Shown here: positions 15,451 through 24,689 of the stretch, one piece after another
How the letters are laid out: each line of letters starts with the position of its first letter
Numbering within the stretch: position 1 is the stretch's first letter
From: an uncultured Pseudomonadota bacterium
Lineage (GTDB): Bacteria > Myxococcota_A > Bradymonadia > Bradymonadales > Bradymonadaceae
Assembly: GCA_950059285.1 (NCBI GenBank)
Contig: CATLTV010000022.1
Coordinates: 1 to 42,481 of the forward strand
Direction: 5' to 3'
Length of the DNA stretch: 42,481 nt
Notes under the pieces: model-generated
What the model was told of the DNA's origin: nothing
What the model saw: the letters and a program-made list of their open reading frames with translations, nothing else
The model's database searches: none
Position numbers and translations under genes: made by a program

Positions 15451-16173
15451 ATGACCCAACAGCTTGATACACAAAACAATACCATGGTGCTCGCTGATGC
15501 ATTGAAAGAATATGACAAACATCCCATGCATCCTGACATTGCGAGGGATCATTACACATCAAAGAAGAGCCTCGTGACGTGGTTGATCTTCACGCTCTTC
15601 CTTGAGATTTATGCCATTGTCTTGTTCATGATGCTCTCTCCAGCAAACCCCCTTCTCTTCCTTACAACCACTGCGATCATCGTACTGATTCTATTGCTCT
15701 TGCCCCTCCTTGGAAGGCTCCGAAACAAGAAGAAGCTCAAAAAAATCTTGTTGGTCTGGGATAAAGCCCCTGACTACGCTCGTCAAAAGCTCATTTCCCA
15801 CTACAGCACCCCTCCAGAACACTTGCTCACCAAGGCAGGAAAATACCAAAACCTCGCGATTGGTAGTTTTATCATGACTCCCTTGAGCATCGTCATCTAC
15901 TCCAACTTACCGTACATAAGCACTGCACCAGAGCTGTTGATCTTGTTTTTTGTCATTATCCCGCTGTCTTGCATCGCAACCTCCGTGGTGCTCATGATAC
16001 AGTCCAAGCGCTTGAAAAAGAGGAACCTCATGTTGCACGGCGACTTTCATCGTATCAACGCTATCATGCCTGCGCTTATCTCATCCAACGATCTCAAAGG
16101 TGGCCTCAGCCCTGATCATGTGCACGCTCAAGGAAACCTGAGCATGGCCGACACAGAACCACAGGAACACTAA
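15451..16173 (+). CDS. 4-TM membrane protein, paralog B, tandem duplicate of 14686-15414
   Basis: Same architecture and conserved motifs as paralog A (KEYDKHPMHPD; LVWDKAPDYAR vs IVWERTPDEAL). Confidence 0.7.
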   Translation: MTQQLDTQNNTMVLADALKEYDKHPMHPDIARDHYTSKKSLVTWLIFTLFLEIYAIVLFMMLSPANPLLFLTTTAIIVLILLLLPLLGRLRNKKKLKKILLVWDKAPDYARQKLISHYSTPPEHLLTKAGKYQNLAIGSFIMTPLSIVIYSNLPYISTAPELLILFFVIIPLSCIATSVVLMIQSKRLKKRNLMLHGDFHRINAIMPALISSNDLKGGLSPDHVHAQGNLSMADTEPQEH

Positions 16174-16181
16174 AATAAACA

Positions 16182-17303
16182 ATGTTTTCAAACAGATACA
16201 AACACAAAACCCATAGTATTCTTCTTTGTTTTATGCTCCTTACTGTGCCCTCCATCGCATCGGCACAGCAGAGCACAATCACACACACCATTGAAGAGGC
16301 GATGACGTCTGGCGATCACGCAGGGCTCAAGGAGCTGTCATCGCGAGGCGCAAAAATCAAGGAACTCCTGAGCATGGAACACCTCCCCAAAGGAGGTGTG
16401 GCCGCAGAGTTGCTCGTGGAGTTTAAAGGAAAATTACTACGTTACCCTGTCAAACTCATGCGTACAGCAACACATGAGCGCTGTGATAAGGATGTGATGG
16501 GTTGGCAAGTCACGCAGGCCCCTGACAAGGCGTTCACATCTGCGCTGCTCAATGTCTTGACCTCGGGCCAGCTTCCTCAAACCACCGCAGATCTTCCCGC
16601 CTGGACCAAAGAAACTCGCCTGCCTGCGTTGCCTGTCGTGGTGACTCAGAGCAGCATCTTTACACCCTACGGCAAGATTGCATGGAGTGTACTTGAGCAA
16701 GAGATTGACCCAGCCTCCCCCATGGCCGAGGTCGCGCCTCCACAAGAGCTTGTCAAACACAGCCAACGTTGGGTCAATGACTTCCTTGAAGAGGAACCTG
16801 GCGCTGCTGCTGTAGATCTTGTCCTGGACCGACGCATAAGCTGGCAGCTACTCAACCGAACCATCTTTGGTGTCTCGTCGGTGGGCTTGTACAGGCTCAA
16901 CCTGATCACAGAGACCAGCGATGGGTTCAACACACTGGCGGCTTCCGCGCCTGTCTTTGGGAGCTTACCTGGAGTCGAGAAACCCGTACCACTTGTACTT
17001 GGTTATTATCCTGTCGGTGAGAATCATGGCTGGCGAGTATCACAAGGTAAGGCTGTACTCCACGAGGATGATAGCTGTGATGCGGAGATGAGCTTTTGTA
17101 CAACCTCGGAGCAAGCTTTTATCGAAAAGTTTGGTGCTCTGTCCAAACGTATGCGCGCCAAAAAGCCAACAAATCCAAGCTTTGCGACCTTTGCCACCAC
17201 AAAAGATGTCACCGTGGAACAGGCCGTCGTGTTCTGGCAACACGCAGCCGTAGCTCTTGGAATTCTTGAGCGTCGCATTTTTCTTAGCTACATCAAACGA
17301 TAA
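16182..17303 (+). CDS. Secreted hypothetical protein (signal peptide, AxA cleavage site)
   Basis: N-terminal signal peptide ILLCFMLLTVPSIASA-QQ. No recognisable domain. 8 nt after the previous gene. Confidence 0.7.
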   Translation: MFSNRYKHKTHSILLCFMLLTVPSIASAQQSTITHTIEEAMTSGDHAGLKELSSRGAKIKELLSMEHLPKGGVAAELLVEFKGKLLRYPVKLMRTATHERCDKDVMGWQVTQAPDKAFTSALLNVLTSGQLPQTTADLPAWTKETRLPALPVVVTQSSIFTPYGKIAWSVLEQEIDPASPMAEVAPPQELVKHSQRWVNDFLEEEPGAAAVDLVLDRRISWQLLNRTIFGVSSVGLYRLNLITETSDGFNTLAASAPVFGSLPGVEKPVPLVLGYYPVGENHGWRVSQGKAVLHEDDSCDAEMSFCTTSEQAFIEKFGALSKRMRAKKPTNPSFATFATTKDVTVEQAVVFWQHAAVALGILERRIFLSYIKR

Positions 17304-17752
17304 TGAAGTCCATGAACAACCTCGCAAAACACGCAATAAAAAATCTTTTACTTCAATCAATTGCAGCACTCACATTGATTGGTTGCAAGACCACAACGAC
17401 CGCTCCTGACACACAGGATGACGCCTCCGAAGCAGTCAATCAATGCACTCAAGAGCGCGCCACCGATCCACTCCTGAGCATCGAGATCTGGGCCTCAAGC
17501 TCACCTGATGCACAGGATTTAAGCGAGGATGCGCGACAACTTAGATCCTCCTGGGGCGATGCTTCGTTAGAGGTTGTACGTGCATGGAAAAACGAAGATG
17601 GGAGCTGGTCTGCGCTCCTCTCGAACTCGCCAGAACCTGACACAAATGACAAGGTTATTCTTCTTGTAATTCAAAAAGATAGCCAGGGCATATGGTCGCA
17701 AGCCATGCCTGCTCAGGTCACAGATGCCGATACCTTGTGGCCTCAACTTTAA
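17303..17752 (+). CDS. Small lipoprotein (149 aa)
   Basis: TAATG stop/start overlap with the upstream gene. Lipobox LTLIGC. Confidence 0.65.
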   Translation: MKSMNNLAKHAIKNLLLQSIAALTLIGCKTTTTAPDTQDDASEAVNQCTQERATDPLLSIEIWASSSPDAQDLSEDARQLRSSWGDASLEVVRAWKNEDGSWSALLSNSPEPDTNDKVILLVIQKDSQGIWSQAMPAQVTDADTLWPQL

Positions 17753-17772
17753 AACACAGCCGAGATAGGATA

Positions 17773-18759
17773 ATGACTCTTCAATTGCGCATGAATTATG
17801 GGGCAACAGCATTATGTACACTGATCACAATGAGCCTGTTTGGTGCCTGTAAAAACAGCACCCCAAGTCCGACCCCACAGGTCGAGCAACCTCAGGAAAA
17901 TACAACTGAAGCACAAGGCTCCACGTCAGCTCCAAAAACAGAGCAACCTGCTGTAGCCGAGCTAACATCAGAACAAAAACAAAAGATATTCAAAGCACTT
18001 GGATGTCCCGAAGAAGCCATCACAGAGACAGGTTGCAAACAGTGTCCTTCTGCTGTGGAGTACTGGACCACTGCACCTCGCTCGGAGGATGCGCCTGAAG
18101 TAACCATCCAACTTGAGCAGGGTGTTTTCAGCTCTACACATACTGGCCGAGAACAGGTCCTGGCAAGCTTTGGAGATTGTCAGGAGCTTCCCGCTGGACA
18201 GTATTATTTTCAAGAGCTTGCACATTTGACAGAGCAAGAAGATGGGAGCTGGACACTTCATGCGAGCGTGAGCGTTGCAGATCCGCAAAAGTGTGAACAA
18301 ATCAAGGTCTCTGACACACTAACCCACACACTTTGCACAACATATCGTGGGCGCATGGGGTCTTACGAAATGGCAATGGAAGCCTATTCGTGGGACAAAA
18401 CAACCTCTTCTGGTGCGGAATCCTATCCCACGACCACGACGATACTCACAGCCATGGAGTATGACAGTTGTGGCTCAAACCTTGTGATTGGAAATGATAT
18501 CAAGCGTAAGTTTGAGGATGTTGATGGCGACGGCTTAAACGATCTCTCCTTTACCATCACACATATTGAAGGTCCATGGACTGGAGATCAGTCCGAGTGT
18601 ATGGATGGTGATTACGAAGGCGAAGAACTTACGCCCAAACGAGATAAGAAAACCACTTCTCACACCTACACTTATATTGCCATCCCCGAAGGGTACAAGG
18701 AGCAGAACGGAAAGACTGCGTTCATCCCACACTCTGCGGAATTCGATGGCTTCTTCTAA
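17773..18759 (+). CDS. Lipoprotein with a GCPxE..GCxxCP motif and a DxDGDG calcium-binding-like loop, paralog 1. ORF track extends to 17692; the ATG at 17773 is preferred.
   Basis: Signal plus lipobox SLFGAC. ALGCPEEAITETGCKQCPS. C-terminal FEDVDGDGLNDLSF...ECMDGDYEGEEL. Paralogous to 19100-20107. Confidence 0.65.
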   Translation: MTLQLRMNYGATALCTLITMSLFGACKNSTPSPTPQVEQPQENTTEAQGSTSAPKTEQPAVAELTSEQKQKIFKALGCPEEAITETGCKQCPSAVEYWTTAPRSEDAPEVTIQLEQGVFSSTHTGREQVLASFGDCQELPAGQYYFQELAHLTEQEDGSWTLHASVSVADPQKCEQIKVSDTLTHTLCTTYRGRMGSYEMAMEAYSWDKTTSSGAESYPTTTTILTAMEYDSCGSNLVIGNDIKRKFEDVDGDGLNDLSFTITHIEGPWTGDQSECMDGDYEGEELTPKRDKKTTSHTYTYIAIPEGYKEQNGKTAFIPHSAEFDGFF

Positions 18760-18950
18760 GAGCGTAATAAAGAAAGAGTTGTTGGGAAAAGCTCGTAGAA
18801 AGCGCGTATTTTGGTGTCGCAAAAACAGAATGTAACACGGCTACTATTCTTGGTTTTTACTCCTTAAACTCCACGCTTTCTCCTTCGCTTTTCTTCCAAC
18901 AACTCCTTCTCCATCACGCTCTAGCTCAGCCATTGCATGGCCACTACATT

Positions 18951-19025
18951 AAAAGGTCAACCCAAAGTGCTCGTCTTGAAGACGAGCACTTTGGGTTGAC
19001 CTTTTAATGTAGTGGTCAAAATTCT
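18951..19025. repeat. 75-bp perfect palindrome (37-bp arms around one central base) between the two paralogous lipoprotein genes
   Basis: ccactacattaaaaggtcaacccaaagtgctcgtctt-g-aagacgagcactttgggttgaccttttaatgtagtgg. Both arms perfectly complementary. No flanking T-tract on either strand. Confidence 0.9.
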
Positions 19026-19099
19026 AATACAGCACATATTACATCGCCTTTAAAAAAGGCCATACGTTATCAACATACAGTTACAAGTGAGAGCTCCAA

Positions 19100-20107
19100 A
19101 TGAATAAAAAACCTTTCTATCTTATGGCATTAGCGCTGTGTTTTTCCGCATGTAAAACCACCGAAACACATACAATCGCCCCCGAGACCACGGAGAAAGT
19201 AGGCACGCTCACGCCCGATGAAGGCACACCCAAGGAGCAGGAAGAGAAGATCGAGCAAAAGGAAGCACGCGCACCAAAGATCATCGACGAGCCTACTTTG
19301 CCAGAGGAGCTTCATGAAGGGTTGCTATTGGCGATGGGTTGTCCCAAGGAGCTGATTCGTCCTGAAGGATGTCAGATCTGTCCTACTCAGAATGAAGCAC
19401 AACCCATGGCAAGACCGCTGCGCTCTGGTCCTGTGACAGAGGTCCGCTTTACCCGTGGACATTACACAAACCAGGATCGTCTACAAGTTGTTGCGCAGAT
19501 GGGACCATGCCTTGCAAAGGATGGCACAGAAGATATGCATCAGATCGTACTCTTGCAACGTGAGGACAACAGCACATGGACACGCCTTGCCAGTACCGCA
19601 CTACAGGGCGTGCAGTCCTGTGATACGTTGCCTGTAGTGGGTAAAGCAGCCCGCTCTATCTGTCATACAAAGAACAACAATAACGGTCTCCTCGTTGGCG
19701 GTTATTACGGCCTCTCATGGGATGTCCCGGTGAAAACCGAGAATGCAACCTTGCCACAGCCAACCACCACAAAGTTGGTGGACACTGTGGAAGGCTATGG
19801 GTGCGCCGAAAACTGGTCTGTCACACAGGAGGTCAAATATAGCACCAAGGATCAAAATCTTGATGGTATCAATGAGTTGACGCTGGATGTGAACACCACA
19901 GAGGGCATGTACATTGGACCTCTTGATGAGTGCATGTTTGGGGAGTTTGAAAAACCTCTGGAGCCCATCAGAAAGGAACAGATAATCTCGGTACAGTACA
20001 AATACAAGATCGACGCCAATGGCTTTACTGAAAAAGAAGACACTTCTACTAAGCCTGCACTGTCAGACGAATTTAGCAGGCTTATTAAAGAGCGATTGGC
20101 GAAGTAA
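19100..20107 (+). CDS. Lipoprotein, paralog 2 of 17773-18759
   Basis: Lipobox LCFSAC. AMGCPKELIRPEGCQICPT aligned with the paralog. C-terminal DQNLDGINELTL...ECMFGEFEKPL. Confidence 0.65.
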   Translation: MNKKPFYLMALALCFSACKTTETHTIAPETTEKVGTLTPDEGTPKEQEEKIEQKEARAPKIIDEPTLPEELHEGLLLAMGCPKELIRPEGCQICPTQNEAQPMARPLRSGPVTEVRFTRGHYTNQDRLQVVAQMGPCLAKDGTEDMHQIVLLQREDNSTWTRLASTALQGVQSCDTLPVVGKAARSICHTKNNNNGLLVGGYYGLSWDVPVKTENATLPQPTTTKLVDTVEGYGCAENWSVTQEVKYSTKDQNLDGINELTLDVNTTEGMYIGPLDECMFGEFEKPLEPIRKEQIISVQYKYKIDANGFTEKEDTSTKPALSDEFSRLIKERLAK

Positions 20108-20136
20108 TCACCCAATAGAATTCAACATCTTACAGG

Positions 20137-22809
20137 TCACAACCTCTTTGCTCGCAAGAGCAAGGAGTTTGTGACCACGCTGACGCTTGAGAGCGCCATC
20201 GCCCCCGCAGCCAGAGCCGGGACAAGGAGTCCAAGCGCGGCAACAGGTACAAGGATAACGTTGTATCCAAAGGCCCAGAAGAGGTTCTGTCGGATCTTGC
20301 CATAGGTTGCTCTGGCGAGCAGCACGGCCTGGACAACTTGCTCGAGGTTGTGCCCCACGAGAGTCATGGCGGCGGCCTCCATGGCCACATCTGCACCGCT
20401 CCCCATGGCGATGCCAAGATCGGCCTGGGCGAGCGCAGGGGCATCATTGATACCATCACCAACCATGGCCACGACCTTGTCTTGAGCCTGAATATCACGC
20501 ACAATCTGAGCCTTATCACCTGGCAAGACCTGGCTTTTGACGTGGGATGCCTTGATCCCAAGTTCGGCGGCGACGGAGTGCGCGACCTGAGCATCATCAC
20601 CTGTCACCATCCAGACCTCCACGCCCTGAGATTCCAGTGATCGAATCGCCTCTTTCGCCTCATCTCGAGGTGTGTCCATGACCGCAATGACACCAAGAAT
20701 GGTGGATGAATCTGCAAGAAGGACGACGGTCTTGGCTTGCTCTCTGAGTGATTGCACCGTGGATGTATGTTGAGGATCAATGTCAGGATAAAGAGGAAGT
20801 ATCCAGGAGGGTTTTCCAAGACGGTAACGTTCTCCCTGAATAGATGCCTCCACACCATGACCTGCTATCACCTTGAAATCTTTCAAAGATTCATCATCAC
20901 GCCCAACACCATCCTCATCAGCCCTGTTGAGAATTGCAGCTGCGATGGGGTGCTCACTGCCCTGCTCCAGCAAGGCAGCTAACCTGAGGATATCGTGTGT
21001 ATCCTGCGCTGTCTGAGACGTCTTCACATCAAGAGGGGTGATATCTGTGACATGCATTTTACCATGCGTGAGCGTACCTGTTTTATCAAAGATCAGGGCA
21101 TCAAGCCGACTGGCCTGTTCAAGGGCGTTGGCCTCACGAATGAGGATGCCCTGCTTTGCACCACGTGAGGAGCCCACCATCAATGCAGTGGGCGTGGCAA
21201 GTCCGAGTGCGCAGGGACAGGCCACCACGAGCACCGCGATCGCGGGTGCGATGGCTGTAGCCAGGGGCTCCTGAAGGATGAAGAACCACACCACAAACGT
21301 CAGCACAGCGATGGCGATGATTGTGGGGACGAAGATCGCCGAGATTCTATCTGCGAGGCGTTGAATATTTGCTTTGCTCTCCTGAGCAAGTTCAACCTGT
21401 TTGATGATACGAGACAACGCCGTATCACCTGCAGCGCGAATAACTTCGGCCTCAAGAAACCCATCGGTGTTGATGGTAGCCGCCATGATCTCGTCGCCTT
21501 CCGAGCGTGTGACAGGCACTGATTCACCCGTAAGCATTGCCTCATTCATATCGGCGCTACCCTTTTGAATAACAGCATCCACGGGGACTTTCTCACCTGG
21601 TTTGACCGCGATCGTATCGCCCACATTGACCTGATTCACGGGGAGAGTCACCCACTGCCCCTGTTGTAATACAGTCGCGGATTGAGCGCCCAGCGAGAGG
21701 AGCGCCTCCATGGAGGCGCTGGCCGAGCCTCGAGCCTTGACCTCAAGCCATTTTCCAAGACTAATCAGGGTTACGATCATGGCAGCACCATCAAAGTACA
21801 CATGTCCAGAGTGTTCATGACCAAAAGTGGAGAGGATCGTGACCACAAGGGAGTACGTGAAGGCCACGCCAGCCCCAAGAGCCACGAGAGTATCCATGTT
21901 GGCGCTGCCATGCTTCAGACCTTGCCATGCTCCCTGAAAGAAGGGTTTTCCTGTAACCCACAGCGTGAGGGCGGTGAGGTACGCGACAGTGAACAGCGTC
22001 AGCGCAAGCGTGGTGCCATGGAGATGTACACCAAACCACATTGGCCCCATCTGCAAGAGGAGAATAGGTGGCAAAATGGCGAGCCCGAACAGAAAGCGTC
22101 GAAGCCAGGAAGATGCCTTTTTCTGGAGCCTTGATGTGACGGTGGAGGTTGAAGATGCAGAGCTTTCTGCACCATCTGATGTATGTAAGGCATGTTGCTG
22201 GCTTTGATGCGCAGGAGCGTTCGGGTCATCGATGCGCCACGACTCAACCTCATAACCTGATGATTCAACTGCATTTTTCAACTCTTCAGCAAATGCATCC
22301 TCGTCGACAACATCATCAGAAGGAATCACCGTGGCACGTTCGGTGGCATAGTTGACCACGGCAGATTGTGCATTGGGAAGGTCTGCAAGGGCACGCTCCA
22401 CACGAGCGACACAGGAGGCGCAGGTCATGCCACGCACCTCGAGTACAATGCGAGATGATTTACCTGTAGCGATTGCAGTGGGCGTACTATCAGCAGGAGG
22501 TTCCACACTGTGAGTTACGGTTACATCCTCATCTACAGGAGCGGGTGTATTGGAAGTGTGTTCAGCATTGTGAACCCCCTCAACAATGGAGATCACATCA
22601 AAGCCAGCGTCCTCCACTGCTTCGGAGAGCATGAACTTTGTATCGTCATCAAGAGGTGACTGTAGCTGCACGATCGCTTGGTGGTCATCGAGTGAGACCT
22701 GGACATCATGTGTATGCTCAAGATCGTTGAGCATATCATGAACACGTGAGGTGCAATGAGAGCAGGTCATGCCCTCAATACGAATGGATACGGGGTAATA
22801 ATGTTCCAT
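20137..22809 (-). CDS. copA: Copper-translocating P1B-type ATPase with two N-terminal HMA domains
   Basis: GMTCSHCTSRV and GMTCASCVARV metal-binding motifs, CPC transmembrane motif (VVACPCALGLATP), DKTGTLT phosphorylation site, GDGINDAPAL hinge. 890 aa. Confidence 0.93.
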   Translation of the reverse strand: MEHYYPVSIRIEGMTCSHCTSRVHDMLNDLEHTHDVQVSLDDHQAIVQLQSPLDDDTKFMLSEAVEDAGFDVISIVEGVHNAEHTSNTPAPVDEDVTVTHSVEPPADSTPTAIATGKSSRIVLEVRGMTCASCVARVERALADLPNAQSAVVNYATERATVIPSDDVVDEDAFAEELKNAVESSGYEVESWRIDDPNAPAHQSQQHALHTSDGAESSASSTSTVTSRLQKKASSWLRRFLFGLAILPPILLLQMGPMWFGVHLHGTTLALTLFTVAYLTALTLWVTGKPFFQGAWQGLKHGSANMDTLVALGAGVAFTYSLVVTILSTFGHEHSGHVYFDGAAMIVTLISLGKWLEVKARGSASASMEALLSLGAQSATVLQQGQWVTLPVNQVNVGDTIAVKPGEKVPVDAVIQKGSADMNEAMLTGESVPVTRSEGDEIMAATINTDGFLEAEVIRAAGDTALSRIIKQVELAQESKANIQRLADRISAIFVPTIIAIAVLTFVVWFFILQEPLATAIAPAIAVLVVACPCALGLATPTALMVGSSRGAKQGILIREANALEQASRLDALIFDKTGTLTHGKMHVTDITPLDVKTSQTAQDTHDILRLAALLEQGSEHPIAAAILNRADEDGVGRDDESLKDFKVIAGHGVEASIQGERYRLGKPSWILPLYPDIDPQHTSTVQSLREQAKTVVLLADSSTILGVIAVMDTPRDEAKEAIRSLESQGVEVWMVTGDDAQVAHSVAAELGIKASHVKSQVLPGDKAQIVRDIQAQDKVVAMVGDGINDAPALAQADLGIAMGSGADVAMEAAAMTLVGHNLEQVVQAVLLARATYGKIRQNLFWAFGYNVILVPVAALGLLVPALAAGAMALSSVSVVTNSLLLRAKRL

Positions 22810-22840
22810 AAGACTTTGTATAATCGTAGAATTTCATAAA

Positions 22841-22870
22841 AGTGTTCCACTTCAATGAAGCGTGAACACA
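22841..22870. promoter_or_regulatory. Imperfect dyad GTGTTCCACTTCA-a-TGAAGCGTGAACAC in the copA / metallochaperone divergent promoter region
   Basis: Outer arms GTGTTC/GAACAC and inner arms CTTCA/TGAAG. Located about 35-60 nt upstream of the copA start codon. Confidence 0.35.
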
Positions 22871-23061
22871 AGGGAGAGGAAGATAAGCGCGCAACGTGCT
22901 AAAAACAAGGAAGAGGCAGCAAGTGGAGCCACCCCACCACAAAAACGGATCGTCTTTTCCAGGGGCATACGATATAGTCATGGCTCGCTCGCCTTCAGCA
23001 GGGTTGACTGTACCAAGGCGACAAACATTTCAGACATCATCAAAAAAAGAGACATTAAGAC

Positions 23062-23688
23062 ATGAACAATCTCATCAAATCAATGTGTATCATGTGGCTT
23101 TCTGTAGGACTTTTCGCAGGTTGTGAAGAGAAAAAGGCAGTAGATACAAGTAAAGAGGAAGATCCTGTCGCAGAAGCCCCCGAGAAGGTAGGCGAAGCGG
23201 CTGCTGACAAGAAAGAGGATGGAAAAATCGAGGTGACCGCAGCAGGTGCCAAGATCGATCCTCCCGTGGCAAAGGACAAAATCCCGGCAGGCGCATGGTA
23301 CTGTGACATGGGCACAGTGCATTATGCACGCATGGACAAGGGCGATGGCAAGTGTCCCGAGTGTGGCATGATGCTCAAGCAGATGGCGGCTGATGGCGCA
23401 GCTCCTGGTGGAGCAGTTGCAGCGGATGGCGGCGATGCCAAGGCAAGCGACTGCGCCTGCGCCAAGGGTGAGAAGTGTGAAGCCTGTGCAAAAGCTGGAG
23501 AAGAGTGCACATGCGGTACAGACAAGCCATGTGAATCCTGTGGTTGCGGCGCAGCCAAGAAGGATGGCGCAGCAGAGCACGCAGGATGCGACCATCCTGA
23601 AGGCGAAGCATGTGATTGTGGCGGTCATGGCGAGAAGAAAGAAGAAGGCCATGGCGCACATGAGGGTCATGAAGGACACAAGCACTAA
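23062..23688 (+). CDS. Lipoprotein with a heavy-metal-binding domain (YxxMxxxxxxxxGxCPxCGMxL) and a metallothionein-like Cys/His-rich tail. Probable periplasmic copper/metal chaperone or buffer.
   Basis: Lipobox GLFAGC. WYCDMGTVHYARMDKGDGKCPECGMML matches the HMBD motif found at the N-termini of Cu/Ag efflux proteins. C-terminal 80 aa has about 17 Cys plus a GHGAHEGHEGHKH His tail. Confidence 0.75.
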   Translation: MNNLIKSMCIMWLSVGLFAGCEEKKAVDTSKEEDPVAEAPEKVGEAAADKKEDGKIEVTAAGAKIDPPVAKDKIPAGAWYCDMGTVHYARMDKGDGKCPECGMMLKQMAADGAAPGGAVAADGGDAKASDCACAKGEKCEACAKAGEECTCGTDKPCESCGCGAAKKDGAAEHAGCDHPEGEACDCGGHGEKKEEGHGAHEGHEGHKH

Positions 23689-23716
23689 GTTCTGCTGACA
23701 AGATAGAGTTCGACAA

Positions 23717-23750
23717 AAAGAAGAGGGCTTGGCCCTCTTCTTTTTTATTT
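23717..23750. terminator. Bidirectional Rho-independent terminator between the metallochaperone lipoprotein (+) and the TetR gene (-)
   Basis: aaagaagagggc-ttg-gccctcttcttt stem-loop. A-tract upstream and T-tract (ttttttatttta) downstream. Confidence 0.85.
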
Positions 23751-23756
23751 TATCCT

Positions 23757-24443
23757 TCAAATACTTATATCAGAAAAAACATCCAAGCCAACGAGTGTAG
23801 CGGAGCCTGAGAAGATCAGGGAGAGAAACGTGTGAAGGTGTTCCTCGGGAGGCAGGAGTGTGGAGTGAGGATCATTCACAAGATTGATGGCAAGCCCACG
23901 GAAGGTAGCCCAGTAGAGGGTGCAGAGCACATCTGTGCTGACATCTGCATTGAGCAATTCTGCCTGCTGACATTGTTGCACGAGGTCATACATCAAGGAA
24001 TGCGTGCGCATGACTTCAGCCTGAAGCTCAGACATGAGGACGCGTGCATTCAGACGATGATCAAACATAACGCGGTAATGCGATTGATGATTGAGCGCAA
24101 AGTTGAGGTAGGTCAGGAAGAACGCACAGAGCAGGGTCATAGGCTCATCGTGGTCTAACGCATCAAGTTCCTGATTCAGGGAGATATAACCTTGTTGCGC
24201 AACCACAGAGAGGAGCGCATCCTTATCACGAAAGTGATGATAAGTAGCTGCGTGGGTCACATCGAGTTTTTTGGCAAGTTCACGAAGCGTAAATTCACAA
24301 TGGTTGCGTTCAGAGATAAGTTCAACCGCGGTGTCCACCAGAGATTGGCGTAAGTTACCGTGGTGATATCCCTTTTTCTTTTTCGTAGATGGCGTGGAGT
24401 TCAAGACCAGGATCTCTTTATAACAGGGTTCACGCCACACCAT
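23757..24443 (-). CDS. TetR/AcrR-family transcriptional regulator
   Basis: N-terminal HTH LRQSLVDTAVELISERNHCEFTLRELAKKLDVTHAATYHHFRDKDALL. Helical C-terminal ligand domain. Confidence 0.85.
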   Translation of the reverse strand: MVWREPCYKEILVLNSTPSTKKKKGYHHGNLRQSLVDTAVELISERNHCEFTLRELAKKLDVTHAATYHHFRDKDALLSVVAQQGYISLNQELDALDHDEPMTLLCAFFLTYLNFALNHQSHYRVMFDHRLNARVLMSELQAEVMRTHSLMYDLVQQCQQAELLNADVSTDVLCTLYWATFRGLAINLVNDPHSTLLPPEEHLHTFLSLIFSGSATLVGLDVFSDISI

Positions 24444-24622
24444 GTGCGTCGCGAAGCTTAATCGTACAGATGCGATACTTCGTTAGACTTGCACATACAC
24501 ACAGCAAAAATCAAGAGTGATTAACAGACAATAATGATCTTGGGACAGGTCAAACAAACGCGCGTATATAATTTTACATTAGGCAATAAAAACGACCATG
24601 TAGCCAGATTCAATAATATAAC

Positions 24623-24660
24623 AAAAGCGCCATCTCTTCAGGAGATGGCGCTTTTGTTTC
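24623..24660. terminator. Rho-independent terminator downstream of the ERF gene
   Basis: aagcgccatctc-ttcagg-agatggcgctt perfect 12-bp stem flanked by aaaa / ttttgttt. Confidence 0.85.
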
Positions 24661-24689
24661 TAAATACTATAATATCATTTCATTTTTCC

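Noticed and set aside
20130-20640. Short ORFs on both strands overlapping the 3' end of copA (e.g. 20338-20640 +)
   Set aside because: Lie inside the well-supported copA coding region with no independent signals.
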